64,000 nt of DNA from Actinomycetota bacterium (GCA_005787345.1 SYBH01000145.1:3891-67890), one strand, 5' to 3'; positions 39,590-49,837 are shown, numbered from the stretch's first letter. The notes: generated from the sequence alone by a model not told the origin. Numbers and translations are program-made.

Positions 39590-39934
39590 TTGACTGCCGG
39601 TCGTCGGGCTCTTGGGTCTTACGGCGAAAACCTGGCGGCAAGGTGGTACGAGGAACACGGCTACGTGGTTGTCGACCGTAATTGGCGTTGCCGTGAGGGC
39701 GAGATTGACCTTGTCCTGACTCGCGCTCGATTGCTCGTGTTCTGCGAAGTGAAGACGCGTTCGAGCAATGCCTATGGTTCGCCAGCTGCAGCGGTGACTC
39801 CCGCGAAACAGGCGCGTTTACGAAAGTTGGGAATGCGCTGGATCGATGCGCAGCAGGTTCGGCCCGCGTCTATTCGCTTTGATGTTGCGTGTGTGATCGG
39901 ACGCAACGTGAGCGTTATCGAATCTGCGTTCTAA
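39590..39934 (+). CDS. yraN: YraN family nuclease-like protein
   Basis: LGSYGENLAA, RNWRCREGEIDLV, FCEVKTR, RFDV. Start TTG 39590 is approximate. Confidence 0.9.
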   Translation: MTAGRRALGSYGENLAARWYEEHGYVVVDRNWRCREGEIDLVLTRARLLVFCEVKTRSSNAYGSPAAAVTPAKQARLRKLGMRWIDAQQVRPASIRFDVACVIGRNVSVIESAF

Positions 39935-40001
39935 TCCACGATTTTGGGGCCGAGAGCGCCCGCAGGTGCGCTTTGAGTTACTAGGGCCGTATCGTATGCA
40001 C

Positions 40002-40658
40002 ATGGCCTCATCTACAGATCTTGAATTCTTTTTCGATCCCATTTGTCCGTTCGCTTGGGTCACAAGTCGTTGGGTGGTTGAGGTCGGCGAACTGCGCGGC
40101 ATCACGATCGAGTGGAAGTTCATCGCGTTGGCAATTGTCAACGAAGAGACTGACTACTCAAAGTTTCCTCCGGCCTATCCCGCACTTCATGGACTTGGTC
40201 GTCGACTTCTGCGTGTCGCTGCGGCGGCGCGCGCTGCAGGAGGAAATGAAGCTGTTGGCGCGTTCTATACGGCGGCTGGTGAACGCATGCACCACGATGG
40301 TGTCTCGGTTGCGGTGTTCGGCGGCGAACCAATCCCTGAAAACCTTGTCGCCGAGGTCGTTGCTGCTGCGGGCCTTGACGCTTCCCTTGCCGCTGCTGCC
40401 GACGACGAGTCATGGGATGCACTTCTTCGTGAAGAAACCGATCAATCGCTCGGCCGTACGGGTCGTGACGTCGGCACGCCGATTCTCACGTTTGCTCCCG
40501 GAACAGACCGAGAAGCGTCGCTGTTCGGCCCCGTCATCTCTTCGATCCCCCGCGGCGATGCAGCGCTTGAACTTTGGGACGCGGTGCAAACGCTTGCTCG
40601 TACCCCAGGTTTCGCCGAACTCAAGCGCTCCATGCGCGATCCGCTTGCGTTCGATTGA
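40002..40658 (+). CDS. DsbA-like mycothiol-dependent reductase (Rv2466c-like)
   Basis: FFFDPICPFAWVTSRW, DVGTPI, FGPVIS..PRG, GFAELKR. Confidence 0.85.
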   Translation: MASSTDLEFFFDPICPFAWVTSRWVVEVGELRGITIEWKFIALAIVNEETDYSKFPPAYPALHGLGRRLLRVAAAARAAGGNEAVGAFYTAAGERMHHDGVSVAVFGGEPIPENLVAEVVAAAGLDASLAAAADDESWDALLREETDQSLGRTGRDVGTPILTFAPGTDREASLFGPVISSIPRGDAALELWDAVQTLARTPGFAELKRSMRDPLAFD

Positions 40659-40665
40659 GCTCAGA

Positions 40666-40917
40666 ATGACAGACGCAATCACACCCGTCGTTCTTTGGCG
40701 TCCGCACTGTCCGTTTTGCCGAATCCTTTTTTCGGGAATTGAGCGTCACGGTCTTGAAGTTGAAACTCGCAACATTTGGGAAGACGACGAGGCACGCGAA
40801 CTTCTCAATCTTCGTATTGGCTCCGAAACCGTTCCGAGTGTGTTGGTTGGCGACGAGATTCTCGTGAATCCGTCGATTACCGAGCTGATGGCGGCTTTGC
40901 GAGAAGCCGGCAAGTAA
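40666..40917 (+). CDS. Glutaredoxin/mycoredoxin-like protein
   Basis: WRPHCPFC, NIWED, ETVPSV, LVNPS; only the last 83 aa of track ORF 40021..40917. Confidence 0.85.
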   Translation: MTDAITPVVLWRPHCPFCRILFSGIERHGLEVETRNIWEDDEARELLNLRIGSETVPSVLVGDEILVNPSITELMAALREAGK

Positions 40918-40931
40918 CCGGTTAGGGCACG

Positions 40932-41867
40932 TCAGGGTTCGAGAACGACTTTGATAGCGCCTGCTGAACGATCGGCAGCAACGCTGAACGCTTCGACCGC
41001 GGCGTCGAGCGGGAAGCGATGGGTGATAATGATCTCGGGAAGCTCTGGACGTTGGGCGAGGATCGTCGCGGCAACATCGATATCGCGAGATGGTCCGACA
41101 CGGCCGTACATAACCGCAGGAACGATCGTGAGTTCCTTCATGCCGATTGTCAAACCTGGCATCTCGACCGAACCATCCCAGTAACTCCCAAGGAGCACGA
41201 TCGTTCCGCCAGGGCGGCAGCGATCTGCCGCTTCGGCCAGTGCAGATGCTGTGCCGGCGGCTTCGATCACTATGTCGTAGCCGTGTCCATCGACTGAGCC
41301 GGCTCCAAGGCGCGTTGCGGCTTCGATTTGGCGTTCATGGCGAGCGGAGAGGTCGACCTTTGCCCCGGTTTGCCGCGCAACGACAAGTGCGGTTTGACCG
41401 ATTGTTCCTCCGCCGATGACAGCGACTCGGTCGGTGCCGCGAATGTTTCCGCGTCGAATTCCATGGACGGCAACTGCAAGTGGTTCGACCAAACAACCAT
41501 TTGATGCAGCGACTCCGGCGGGGAGTAGGGCGATTGATGTCGCAGGCACGATGACCTTCTCGGCCATACCGCCGTCGCGGCCTACTCCGAAGGCCATCGA
41601 TGGACCGCGAACGCAAAGTTGCGTGTTGCCATCGACACACGCTTCGCAAACAAAACATGGATCGATAGGTTCGACCGCAACGGGCGTGCCATCGGCGAGA
41701 GTTCCTGCGAACTCGTGGCCAAACGTTGCCGGAAGGCTGAAATTCAAGAGGTGAAGGTCGGAGCCGCAAATGCCAGCGGATGCGACGGTGACGACAATGC
41801 CTTCACCCGAGGGTTCGGGAACGTCGACAACAGTGGGCGTACCTTCTGGACATCGGACAGCGCGCAT
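40932..41867 (-). CDS. Zinc-dependent alcohol dehydrogenase (MDR)
   Basis: GICGSDLH, GHE, C-x2-C-x2-C-x7-C, GGGTIG. Confidence 0.92.
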   Translation of the reverse strand: MRAVRCPEGTPTVVDVPEPSGEGIVVTVASAGICGSDLHLLNFSLPATFGHEFAGTLADGTPVAVEPIDPCFVCEACVDGNTQLCVRGPSMAFGVGRDGGMAEKVIVPATSIALLPAGVAASNGCLVEPLAVAVHGIRRGNIRGTDRVAVIGGGTIGQTALVVARQTGAKVDLSARHERQIEAATRLGAGSVDGHGYDIVIEAAGTASALAEAADRCRPGGTIVLLGSYWDGSVEMPGLTIGMKELTIVPAVMYGRVGPSRDIDVAATILAQRPELPEIIITHRFPLDAAVEAFSVAADRSAGAIKVVLEP

Positions 41868-41889
41868 GGGATTCCCTTTTGTGAGTGGG

Positions 41890-42435
41890 TTAGCGGTCGT
41901 GCGAAAGATCGAGCAGTAATTGATACAGCGGATCGGTGCGATCGCGCTGACCTACTGCTGAGTCAGGAGGTATCGGCCATTCGGAACCGGTTCCGGGCGC
42001 GCTCACCCATTCGGTGGTTGCGATGCGGCGAGCGATTCGCCACGGTCCTTCGTCTCGACGTTCAAGTCGGTCGAGATAGCGAAAGCCAACGGTGAGGTTG
42101 CGGCGAGGATCGGAGTCGGTGGATCGGTGGTAAGCGATTCCATAGGTTTCCGCAACGGCAGCTGAACCGTTCACGGTTGCAAGATGGTTGGCGACGAGAT
42201 GCATGGTGGAGTCATAACGCTGCAGAAGTCCGAAAGCCCAGTCGATGAATTCGGTGATCGTGCCGTTGAACGAACCATGGGTGTCGGTGGCGTCAGCATG
42301 AAAGCAGCTGGCGACAAGGTCGCGATCAAGGCGGTCGATACCTCGGCAGTAGGTCAAGACAACGTCGCTAATCGCCTGTCGGTCGGCGAGAGATGCGGGA
42401 GTAGGGGTTCCGGGTCCGGCGTGTTCAGGGCTCAC
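41890..42435 (-). CDS. SnoaL/NTF2-like protein
   Basis: YCRGIDRLD, TMHLVANH, RYLDRLERR..WRIARR. Confidence 0.87.
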   Translation of the reverse strand: MSPEHAGPGTPTPASLADRQAISDVVLTYCRGIDRLDRDLVASCFHADATDTHGSFNGTITEFIDWAFGLLQRYDSTMHLVANHLATVNGSAAVAETYGIAYHRSTDSDPRRNLTVGFRYLDRLERRDEGPWRIARRIATTEWVSAPGTGSEWPIPPDSAVGQRDRTDPLYQLLLDLSHDR

Positions 42436-42531
42436 CCCCGTGGAGGTTAGGTGTCTGCCATCATCATGGGTGACCTCTGGGTGTCCCGGCGGTCGTTGAC
42501 CCGAGCCCCAGGGTCTGCGCAGGAGACATCC

Positions 42532-44076
42532 GTGACCACCTCAGTCGAACATGACATCTCTCGATGGCGAACCCTCGCATGTCGTGTGGAGGATGCGGTC
42601 GTTGCCGCGCGGGGTCGCATGTCTTGGGGCGTGTGGATGGCCATCGTCCTTGGACTCGCCACAGTGGTTTCGCGCTCTCCAGGTGTGATCTACAACGGGA
42701 TGTTCGATCGAGACGAGTCCTATCTGGCCGTTACCGGTGACGTACTCCGACAGGGCGGAACGCTCTATATCGATGTGATTGATCGGAAGCCCCCGATTGT
42801 TCCGGTTTTGTATTCGATGATTCGAGAGTGGAGCGTCGACATGCGCGCCATCCGACTTGTTGTTGCATTGCTCATCTTCTTCAATGGGGTCGTTGTTGTC
42901 GAGATTGTTCGACGGCTTACAGGTTCGCGGCGCGCTGCATTGTTTGCTGGAGTTCTCTCGATTGTCGGAACAGCGCTCTTTCTTCCTCCTGATGCACAAG
43001 CTGCAAACTTTGAACTTTGGGGATTGCTTCCGGCTTCGGCGGCAATCTTGTGTGTTGTCATTGCACGCGCCACCGACCGTTCACCGCTGCTGTGGTTTGC
43101 GTTCGCTGGTGCCGCCGTCGTCGTTGCTGCCAATTGCAAACAGCCGTACATTGCGGTCGCGATCCCGGTTTTGCTTGAGGCACTCCGCCGAGTTGATGGA
43201 AAGTGGCGCGCGGTTGCCGCCACGGCGGCCGGAGCGGTAATCGGTGCGATTCCGCTTTTCGTTTTCTTTGACGGCGCAAAGATGATTCGTTGGGTGTGGT
43301 CGGATAACAGCGACTATCTCAACGGGGGCATCTCGACAGGAAGGGCCGCCGCGATCGGGATCGCTTTGACCACAGTGTTCGTGGTCTTTCACCTGGCACT
43401 TTTCTATGGCCTCTGGGCGGTTGTTCGTCGGCAGGTACGTGCTGATCTCACGATGCTTGTGTGGCTTGGCGCCTCGCTGCTGGTCATTCCAATCGGCCTG
43501 CGGTTCTTTGGTCATTACTTTCAGCAGTTGGTACCGCCGCTAGCGGTGATCACTGGCTGCGCGCTCGTTGCGGCGAGCCGACGTGTATGGCAAGTCTTGA
43601 CGTTGCTCACCGTCTCATTACTTGTAGTGACGTTGACGCTCGCATTTGTACACCGACCCAAACTGACGAACTACACCGACTTGGGTCGCTATGTGCAAAG
43701 CACGACTGCTCCAGATGAGCGAATCCTCGTATGGGGAGCCCTGCCCGACGTCTACGTAGCGTCACAACGACTTCCATCGGGAGTGTTTCTGCACGGCGGT
43801 TACCTCACGGGCAATTGGGCGAGTCGTGCTCATCGCCTCCCGGAGAGCGTCATTGCGGCGGAGCCATTCCAGTCGCGTTGGGACATGTTCTTTGAAGATG
43901 TCGTGAAGCATCCACCCGTAGTGGTAATTAATGCTGCGCGGCCCGGTACCGATTGGGCGGTGTATGGACCTGAGTCATTCCCGATCGGAACTTGGCTCGA
44001 CCGCTGTTACAACATTGACCGTGTCGTCGACGGGTTGGCCATCTGGCGTCGCGATGTTGCCGCGTGCCCGATGTGA
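42532..44076 (+). CDS. GT-C (ArnT/PMT-like) membrane glycosyltransferase
   Basis: DRDESY and DRKPP in the first loop, many TMs, soluble C-terminal domain; SD AGGAG before GTG 42532. Confidence 0.75.
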   Translation: MTTSVEHDISRWRTLACRVEDAVVAARGRMSWGVWMAIVLGLATVVSRSPGVIYNGMFDRDESYLAVTGDVLRQGGTLYIDVIDRKPPIVPVLYSMIREWSVDMRAIRLVVALLIFFNGVVVVEIVRRLTGSRRAALFAGVLSIVGTALFLPPDAQAANFELWGLLPASAAILCVVIARATDRSPLLWFAFAGAAVVVAANCKQPYIAVAIPVLLEALRRVDGKWRAVAATAAGAVIGAIPLFVFFDGAKMIRWVWSDNSDYLNGGISTGRAAAIGIALTTVFVVFHLALFYGLWAVVRRQVRADLTMLVWLGASLLVIPIGLRFFGHYFQQLVPPLAVITGCALVAASRRVWQVLTLLTVSLLVVTLTLAFVHRPKLTNYTDLGRYVQSTTAPDERILVWGALPDVYVASQRLPSGVFLHGGYLTGNWASRAHRLPESVIAAEPFQSRWDMFFEDVVKHPPVVVINAARPGTDWAVYGPESFPIGTWLDRCYNIDRVVDGLAIWRRDVAACPM

Positions 44077-44088
44077 CCATTGAGGTTG

Positions 44089-44841
44089 TTACGCCGTAGC
44101 GAGCACTCCGCCATCAACAACGATCGACTGGCCAGTAATGAACGAGGCTTTGTCGCTGAGTAGGAATGCGGTCGGTTCGCCGATTTCACTCGGTTGGCCG
44201 ATTCGTTTGAGCACGGAACTTTCTTCGAATCGGTTGCGCATGCCGGGCATGTCGAGAGTGATGCCCAGCATCGGAGTCTCGATGAAGCCGGGGCAGATCG
44301 CGTTTACACGGATGCCTTCGGGCCCGAGTTTGTCGGCCATGGATCGGACAGCTCCGAGCATCCCTGCCTTCGACGCGCAATAGGCGGGTATAGCGGCATT
44401 ACCGATCCAGCCTTCGATCGATGCGATGCCAACTACGGCAGCCCCGTCAGCGGCGGCAAGGTCAGTGTGCATTGCTTGAACCAGCATCGGAAATGCGCGC
44501 AGGTTCACGTTTAAAACGAAGTCCCAACCGGCATCGTCGAGTTCTCCGACTGATTGGCTTCGTACAGTTCCTGCGGCATGAACAAGTCCACCAAGTGGGC
44601 CAACAGCAGATCGGCTTGCGTCGACGGCACTGGCAAGTTCAGCGGTTTTTGTGACATCGATACCGAGTCCAAACGTCGCCACATTGTGTTTGTTGGCTAT
44701 CTCTTGAGCGGCAGAAAGAACGCCGTCGGTATTGAGATCCCAGACGGCAACAGCGCGCCCCTGAGCGGCGATTGCCTCCGCGCACGCTCGTCCAATTCCG
44801 GATGCACCTCCGGTGACAATGACTGCAGATGTTGGGCCCAT
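44089..44841 (-). CDS. SDR family oxidoreductase
   Basis: TGGASGIG, YCASK, NAICPGFIETPM. Confidence 0.92.
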   Translation of the reverse strand: MGPTSAVIVTGGASGIGRACAEAIAAQGRAVAVWDLNTDGVLSAAQEIANKHNVATFGLGIDVTKTAELASAVDASRSAVGPLGGLVHAAGTVRSQSVGELDDAGWDFVLNVNLRAFPMLVQAMHTDLAAADGAAVVGIASIEGWIGNAAIPAYCASKAGMLGAVRSMADKLGPEGIRVNAICPGFIETPMLGITLDMPGMRNRFEESSVLKRIGQPSEIGEPTAFLLSDKASFITGQSIVVDGGVLATA

Positions 44842-44859
44842 GGTGTTCCTTCGTTGTAG

Positions 44860-45456
44860 TCAGCGATTGTTTGCGAGTCGGTCGAGGTCAATCAGCATCG
44901 AGTGCGTGAGGTCGATTTCGCTTTCGATTCGGCGGACCGCCCACGACGCAACAAGCGCCGGGTAGGCCCAGTCGGGTTGGCCGTCAGCCTGCTCTTGCGA
45001 TTCTTTTGCGGCAGCGAGTTCTGAAAGGAGCCGGTCGTGGTGAGCTGAAATTTGTTCGCGAAGTCGGTCTGGTTCTGCGAGGTGGCCGAGCCAGATTCGG
45101 AGAAGAACCCCGTGCTTGAGAACGGGAGCTTCAGCATCGACGGTTGCTTGCCAACTTCGAAGTGCCTCAGTCCCAACCGGAGTGATCGCGTAGACGGTTT
45201 TGTCTCGAACTTCATCTCGAGTAACAGTTCGGCTGCTTACGAGGCCAAGATCTTCCAGACGACGAAGTTCGGTGTAGATCTGGCTCGTGGCAGGACTCCA
45301 ATAGAAGAAGTGGAGGATGGCGTCGGACCAATTCTTGATCTCGTAGCCGGTGAGCTCGCGCCCAAAACTGAGAATTCCGAGAACCGCCCATGCGGTTGGA
45401 GGGATTTTGGGCAACGCGATATCGGTTGCTTGTAGATCAGTGTTCCCCCCGGACAT
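44860..45456 (-). CDS. PadR family transcriptional regulator
   Basis: LGILS...TGYEIK...SQIYTELRRLEDLGLV...YAITPVG. Confidence 0.9.
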   Translation of the reverse strand: MSGGNTDLQATDIALPKIPPTAWAVLGILSFGRELTGYEIKNWSDAILHFFYWSPATSQIYTELRRLEDLGLVSSRTVTRDEVRDKTVYAITPVGTEALRSWQATVDAEAPVLKHGVLLRIWLGHLAEPDRLREQISAHHDRLLSELAAAKESQEQADGQPDWAYPALVASWAVRRIESEIDLTHSMLIDLDRLANNR

Positions 45457-45498
45457 GGCTCCGGTTCTAGCACGGGCACCATGTGAAGGGCTCTTGAT

Positions 45499-46950
45499 TC
45501 AGGTTGAGGAACTCGTTGCTGGTGGCCATGGCGCGATTGTCGGCCAGGGAGAAGCGGCTTCAATTTGGGCGGAAAGTTGAAGAAGTAATTCTTCGGAGCA
45601 ATGGCGACCAACGATTTGAACACCGATAGGGAGGCCGTTCGGATCGAACCCAGCAGGGATGGACGCAGCAGGTTGTCCGGTCACGTTAAATACGGCGGTA
45701 AGTTCAGCGAAACGGCCCGCGTGAGCAAAGACCGAATCGATGTCGGAGGTATTGATGACTCCGAGTTCGGGTACGAGTACGGGCAACGTCGAAGTCAGCC
45801 ATAGGTCGCGGGTGTCATAGAAGCGCGCGATATCTCGGCTGACAATTTCGATTTGCTGAAGGGCCTCGACGATGCGAAGCGGGTCGATGGCGAGCATTCG
45901 ATCGTGGAGGAAGCGGGTGAAGGGTTCGATGTCGTCATCGCGAAGTTCGCGCCCCAGTTCAGCGAGACGATCCTCGACCATCTTTGCGCCGGACGCGCCC
46001 ATGACCATTGCGAGAGAGTTCGCAGGCATCGCAACGTCCCATTGGGGTGCAGCTTCTTCAACCTCGTGGCCGAGAGACTCGAGCAATGCCGCAGTGCGCT
46101 CAATTGATTCGACCACTGCGGGATCCATATCTTTCCCGGCCGGCGAGACGGTGCTGAAGCCGATACGAAGTTTGGGAACGTCCTGGTCAAGAGCGGCAAG
46201 AAACGAACCAGCCTTTGGTGCGGCTGGCGAAGGATAGGGATCGCCGGCAAGTGGGCCGGAAATTGCATCGAGAATCGCGGCGCTGTCGCGAACGGTGCGC
46301 GTTACGGCGTGGCCAATTCCCATTGGGTACGAAAAAGATGCAGCGGCAGGCCAGGTTGGCGTGCGGCCTCGTGTCGGCTTAAGGCCGTACAAGCCGCATT
46401 CCGACGCGGGGATTCGGATGGAACCGCCGCCGTCATTCGCGTGTCCAGCAGTCACCATGCCGCCGATGACGGCTGCGGCCGAACCACCCGATGAGCCACC
46501 GGTGGAATGGGTGAGTCGCCACGGGTTATGTGCCGGGCCGAAGAGCAACGATTCAGTGACGGGGGCCTTTCCCATCTCGGGGGTATTGGTGTTGCCGAGG
46601 ATCAGAAGTCCCGCCGCCTTAAAGCGTTTGGTCAGTTCGCAGTCGTTCGTGGCGATGACATCAGCGAAAAGTCGGCTGCCTTTTGTGGCGGGCAGTCCGG
46701 CAACATCGCAGTTGAGGTCTTTGACGAGGAATGGAACGCCAGCGATGGGGGAGTTTGCAGTCACGTTCTGTGCTTCGGAACGTGCCTGTTCATAACGCTT
46801 CGCGACAACAGCGTTGAGGGCGGGGTTACGAGATTCAATGCGAGCGATCGAAGCATCGACGAGTTCGAGACTGCTCACTTCGCCTGCAGCAACAAGTGCA
46901 GCCAGACCGATGGTGTCGTTGTCGTCGAGAAGACGTTCGGTATCAGTCAT
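45499..46950 (-). CDS. Amidase (amidase signature family)
   Basis: GVPFLVKDL, GGSSGGSAAAV, DGGGSIRIPAS. Confidence 0.93.
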   Translation of the reverse strand: MTDTERLLDDNDTIGLAALVAAGEVSSLELVDASIARIESRNPALNAVVAKRYEQARSEAQNVTANSPIAGVPFLVKDLNCDVAGLPATKGSRLFADVIATNDCELTKRFKAAGLLILGNTNTPEMGKAPVTESLLFGPAHNPWRLTHSTGGSSGGSAAAVIGGMVTAGHANDGGGSIRIPASECGLYGLKPTRGRTPTWPAAASFSYPMGIGHAVTRTVRDSAAILDAISGPLAGDPYPSPAAPKAGSFLAALDQDVPKLRIGFSTVSPAGKDMDPAVVESIERTAALLESLGHEVEEAAPQWDVAMPANSLAMVMGASGAKMVEDRLAELGRELRDDDIEPFTRFLHDRMLAIDPLRIVEALQQIEIVSRDIARFYDTRDLWLTSTLPVLVPELGVINTSDIDSVFAHAGRFAELTAVFNVTGQPAASIPAGFDPNGLPIGVQIVGRHCSEELLLQLSAQIEAASPWPTIAPWPPATSSST

Positions 46951-46952
46951 GG

Positions 46953-48113
46953 CTACTCCAGGAAGTCGGCGTATCGAGTGAGGTAGGGCTGCACTCGCTC
47001 GGTGAGTTCGTCACGATTGAGACCCCAATCTTCTAGCGAGTAGGAGTGAGACCCGAATCGGTCTTTCTTATGTTCTGCGCTGTGGGTGCGCATTGCTTGC
47101 TCTGCTTCAGGGGTAAACGTCTCGCCGAGTTGCTCGTAAAGGGCACCGATCGTGGAAAGTGGATCAGCCACGAGGTCTGAATAGGCGAGGTCAACAAAAG
47201 CATCAGCGCGTCCTGCGGCGATTTGAGAATCCCGGAACGCGTTTTGATTGTCAAGAAGTGTCCCGATGATCTCGGGCCACGTCTCACGTATATATGCCGT
47301 CCAGTCAGCGTCAGTGAATGTGCCAGTGAGCACGCGAACAAGATTGCAGGCGGATGCGATGACGTTGACAGGATCTCGGTGAGTCAAGACAAAACGCGCA
47401 TCTGGATAGACCGCTGCCAAGGCGAATGGATCAATGAGATGCACGGGTGATTTCAGTTGCCATTGGCCAGGGCATTCCGATTGCAAAACTTGAAGAACCG
47501 TCTTGTGCCATTCGTAGGCCTGCGTGTGGTCATTTGCACACACCCAGTCCATATAGGAAGGAAGATTGAATGTGGTCGACAAATGCAGGCTGGAAAAATG
47601 CTGGCCGAGTACCGTTGCGCATTCGAGCGGCATGTTTGGCGGATCATGATGGATCGCTTTGAATTCAGGATTGATCATGCTGAGCATGTCGGGAGCTTCC
47701 ATGGCCGCAACAAAGCGAGGATCGGTTCGGTACGAATCGGTTGTAGGCGGTGGAACCGATTCGTTGATTTCCCAACCGAGCAAGGAACGATTTCCGGGGT
47801 CGACAGACAGCAGGTGGCTCAGCGCAGTCGTGCCTGTGCGAGGCAAGCCAATAAGAAAGATTGGGGAATCCACCTGCGTCGAAGCTAAATCAGGGTGGGT
47901 GCGGTGCCACTCGACGACGTTGAGACGATTGACGAGATTTCCTAGCGCCATACCTTCCGCCGCTGCGATCCCGATGTCGGTGAGTTGGCCTTCGGTCGAT
48001 GCCGACTCGAGAAAGACCTCAAGTCCCTCGCGAAATGAGGGGTCTCCAAAGTCGGTGAGTCCGTTTGCGAGTTGGCTCGCCTGAGCTAGTAGTGCGTCGA
48101 TATCAGTTGACAT
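46953..48113 (-). CDS. Sulfotransferase family protein
   Basis: PAPS-binding IGLPRTGTT, LKSPVHL, THRDP. Confidence 0.88.
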   Translation of the reverse strand: MSTDIDALLAQASQLANGLTDFGDPSFREGLEVFLESASTEGQLTDIGIAAAEGMALGNLVNRLNVVEWHRTHPDLASTQVDSPIFLIGLPRTGTTALSHLLSVDPGNRSLLGWEINESVPPPTTDSYRTDPRFVAAMEAPDMLSMINPEFKAIHHDPPNMPLECATVLGQHFSSLHLSTTFNLPSYMDWVCANDHTQAYEWHKTVLQVLQSECPGQWQLKSPVHLIDPFALAAVYPDARFVLTHRDPVNVIASACNLVRVLTGTFTDADWTAYIRETWPEIIGTLLDNQNAFRDSQIAAGRADAFVDLAYSDLVADPLSTIGALYEQLGETFTPEAEQAMRTHSAEHKKDRFGSHSYSLEDWGLNRDELTERVQPYLTRYADFLE

Positions 48114-48295
48114 AAGACCCCCCGGTGTCGTGCGAACGGTAGTCGGTAGTCGCCGTTGTCAGTGCCGTGTCGCTCCCGTGTAATCGGTGATTTCTCAGTT
48201 CTGACCGAGGTTGGGAGACCAGACAACGTCTCGGGGCCGACTGGGGCCATACGCTTCTCGTTTGCCGGTGACGCGACCGTCCCGGCCTTGGTCGA

Positions 48296-49837
48296 ATGGC
48301 AGTTGGAGATCCCGTGAGTCAGAGCGACAATTCACATTCATCCGAGGTTCCTGGAGGTTGGGGGTCGGCGCTCGAGGATCTCGCCCAGCGCCGGGCAGCG
48401 GCTCGGGCGATGGGCGGCGAAGAGCGCCTCGCGAAAAAGCACGCGAAGGGGCAACTCGATGCCCGCGGGCGTATCGACTACTTGCTTGATCCAGGGTCAT
48501 TCCGTGAACTTGGCACTCTGGTTGGTGACGTGCCGAGCGATGGCATCGTTGCTGGTGCTGGCCGAATCGATGGTCGTCCTGTCATGATCGGCGCCGAGGA
48601 TTTCACGGTGTTGGCCGGTTCGATTGGTCCCGGCAGTTCGTCGAAGCGTTACCGAATTGCCGAACTTGCTCTTGCCGAACGCATTCCACTCCTCATGTTG
48701 CTCGAGGGCGCAGGTCATCGCGGTGGCGGAGGCGGCGGTCGCGCACCGACCGATCTACTCATTCAAGCCAAGTGCTCTGGCAAAGTTCCGGTGTTGAGCG
48801 CGGTGATGGGTCCTTCTGCTGGTCATGGCGCGCTCATCGTTCCGATGTCGGACTTCAGCGTCATGACTGCAGATGCTGCGGTCTTTACCGCCGGCCCTCC
48901 CGTCGTGCGCGAATCGCTCGGCGAAGACGTAACCAAGGAAGATCTCGGAGGCCCGTCGGTTGCAGTGCCGAGTGGGCTCATCCATAACGTCGCCCCAAAC
49001 GATGAAACTGCACTCGATATGTTGCGTGTCTATCTGTCATTCTTTCCATCGAGTGCGTGGAGTTTTGCGCCGCATCTCCCGGCCGAACAGAGCGATGACC
49101 AAGGATTCCGAACGACTGACGAACTCCTTTCGATCATCCCGAGCGACTCTCGTCGGGCCTATGACATGCGCGCCGTACTGGACGTCGTGGTCGACGATGG
49201 GTCGTGGTTCGAGGTGCAGCCTGGATTTGGTCCATCGATGATTTGTGGACTCGCTCGGCTGGGTGGCGAATCAGTTGCTGTCATTGCGAACCAGCCGACA
49301 GTGATGGCTGGTTCCATCGACGCAGATGCTGCCGACAAGGCCGCGCATTTCATCATGGTCGCTGATTCGTTCCATCTTCCGTTGGTCTTCCTCGCTGATA
49401 ACCCAGGGATGTTGCCGGGAAGCGAATCGGAACGCGCTGGCGTGCTTCGTTCTGGTGCTCGGATGTTTGCGGCGCAAACGCAAGCATCGAGTCCGAAACT
49501 TCACCTCACGCTGCGCAAGGCGTATGGCTTTGGTTCGATGGTCATGACACTGGTTGGGTTCGATAATCAATCGGCGACGTTTGCCTACCCGGGGGCAACC
49601 CTTGGCGCCATGGGGGCAAGCGCGATGAGTCGGGCCACGAATGCTGACGAGGACGAGGCAGCAATGCTTCGTGATGCTGAACTTCAGGCTTCCTATCGGT
49701 CAGGGGCAACGCTGGGGTTTGATGAGTTGATTGACCCGCGTGAAACCCGAGATGTTTTGCTTGATGCACTTCAGCGCGCGCTGTTCCGTCGCCAGGTTGC
49801 AGCGGAGCCAGTCTCTCGGACGGCGATAACGCCATGA
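48296..49837 (+). CDS. Acyl-CoA carboxylase carboxyltransferase (beta) subunit
   Basis: ARGRIDYLLDPGSF, DFTVLAGS, FTAGPPVV, DNPGMLPG, RKAYG, IDPRETR. Confidence 0.9.
   Translation: MAVGDPVSQSDNSHSSEVPGGWGSALEDLAQRRAAARAMGGEERLAKKHAKGQLDARGRIDYLLDPGSFRELGTLVGDVPSDGIVAGAGRIDGRPVMIGAEDFTVLAGSIGPGSSSKRYRIAELALAERIPLLMLLEGAGHRGGGGGGRAPTDLLIQAKCSGKVPVLSAVMGPSAGHGALIVPMSDFSVMTADAAVFTAGPPVVRESLGEDVTKEDLGGPSVAVPSGLIHNVAPNDETALDMLRVYLSFFPSSAWSFAPHLPAEQSDDQGFRTTDELLSIIPSDSRRAYDMRAVLDVVVDDGSWFEVQPGFGPSMICGLARLGGESVAVIANQPTVMAGSIDADAADKAAHFIMVADSFHLPLVFLADNPGMLPGSESERAGVLRSGARMFAAQTQASSPKLHLTLRKAYGFGSMVMTLVGFDNQSATFAYPGATLGAMGASAMSRATNADEDEAAMLRDAELQASYRSGATLGFDELIDPRETRDVLLDALQRALFRRQVAAEPVSRTAITP

Noticed and set aside
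40021-40665. Apparent long N-terminal extension or frameshift fusion onto the glutaredoxin
   Set aside because: It overlaps the DsbA-like gene in another frame with non-protein-like sequence; the redoxin has its own ATG at 40666 and I saw no slippery site.
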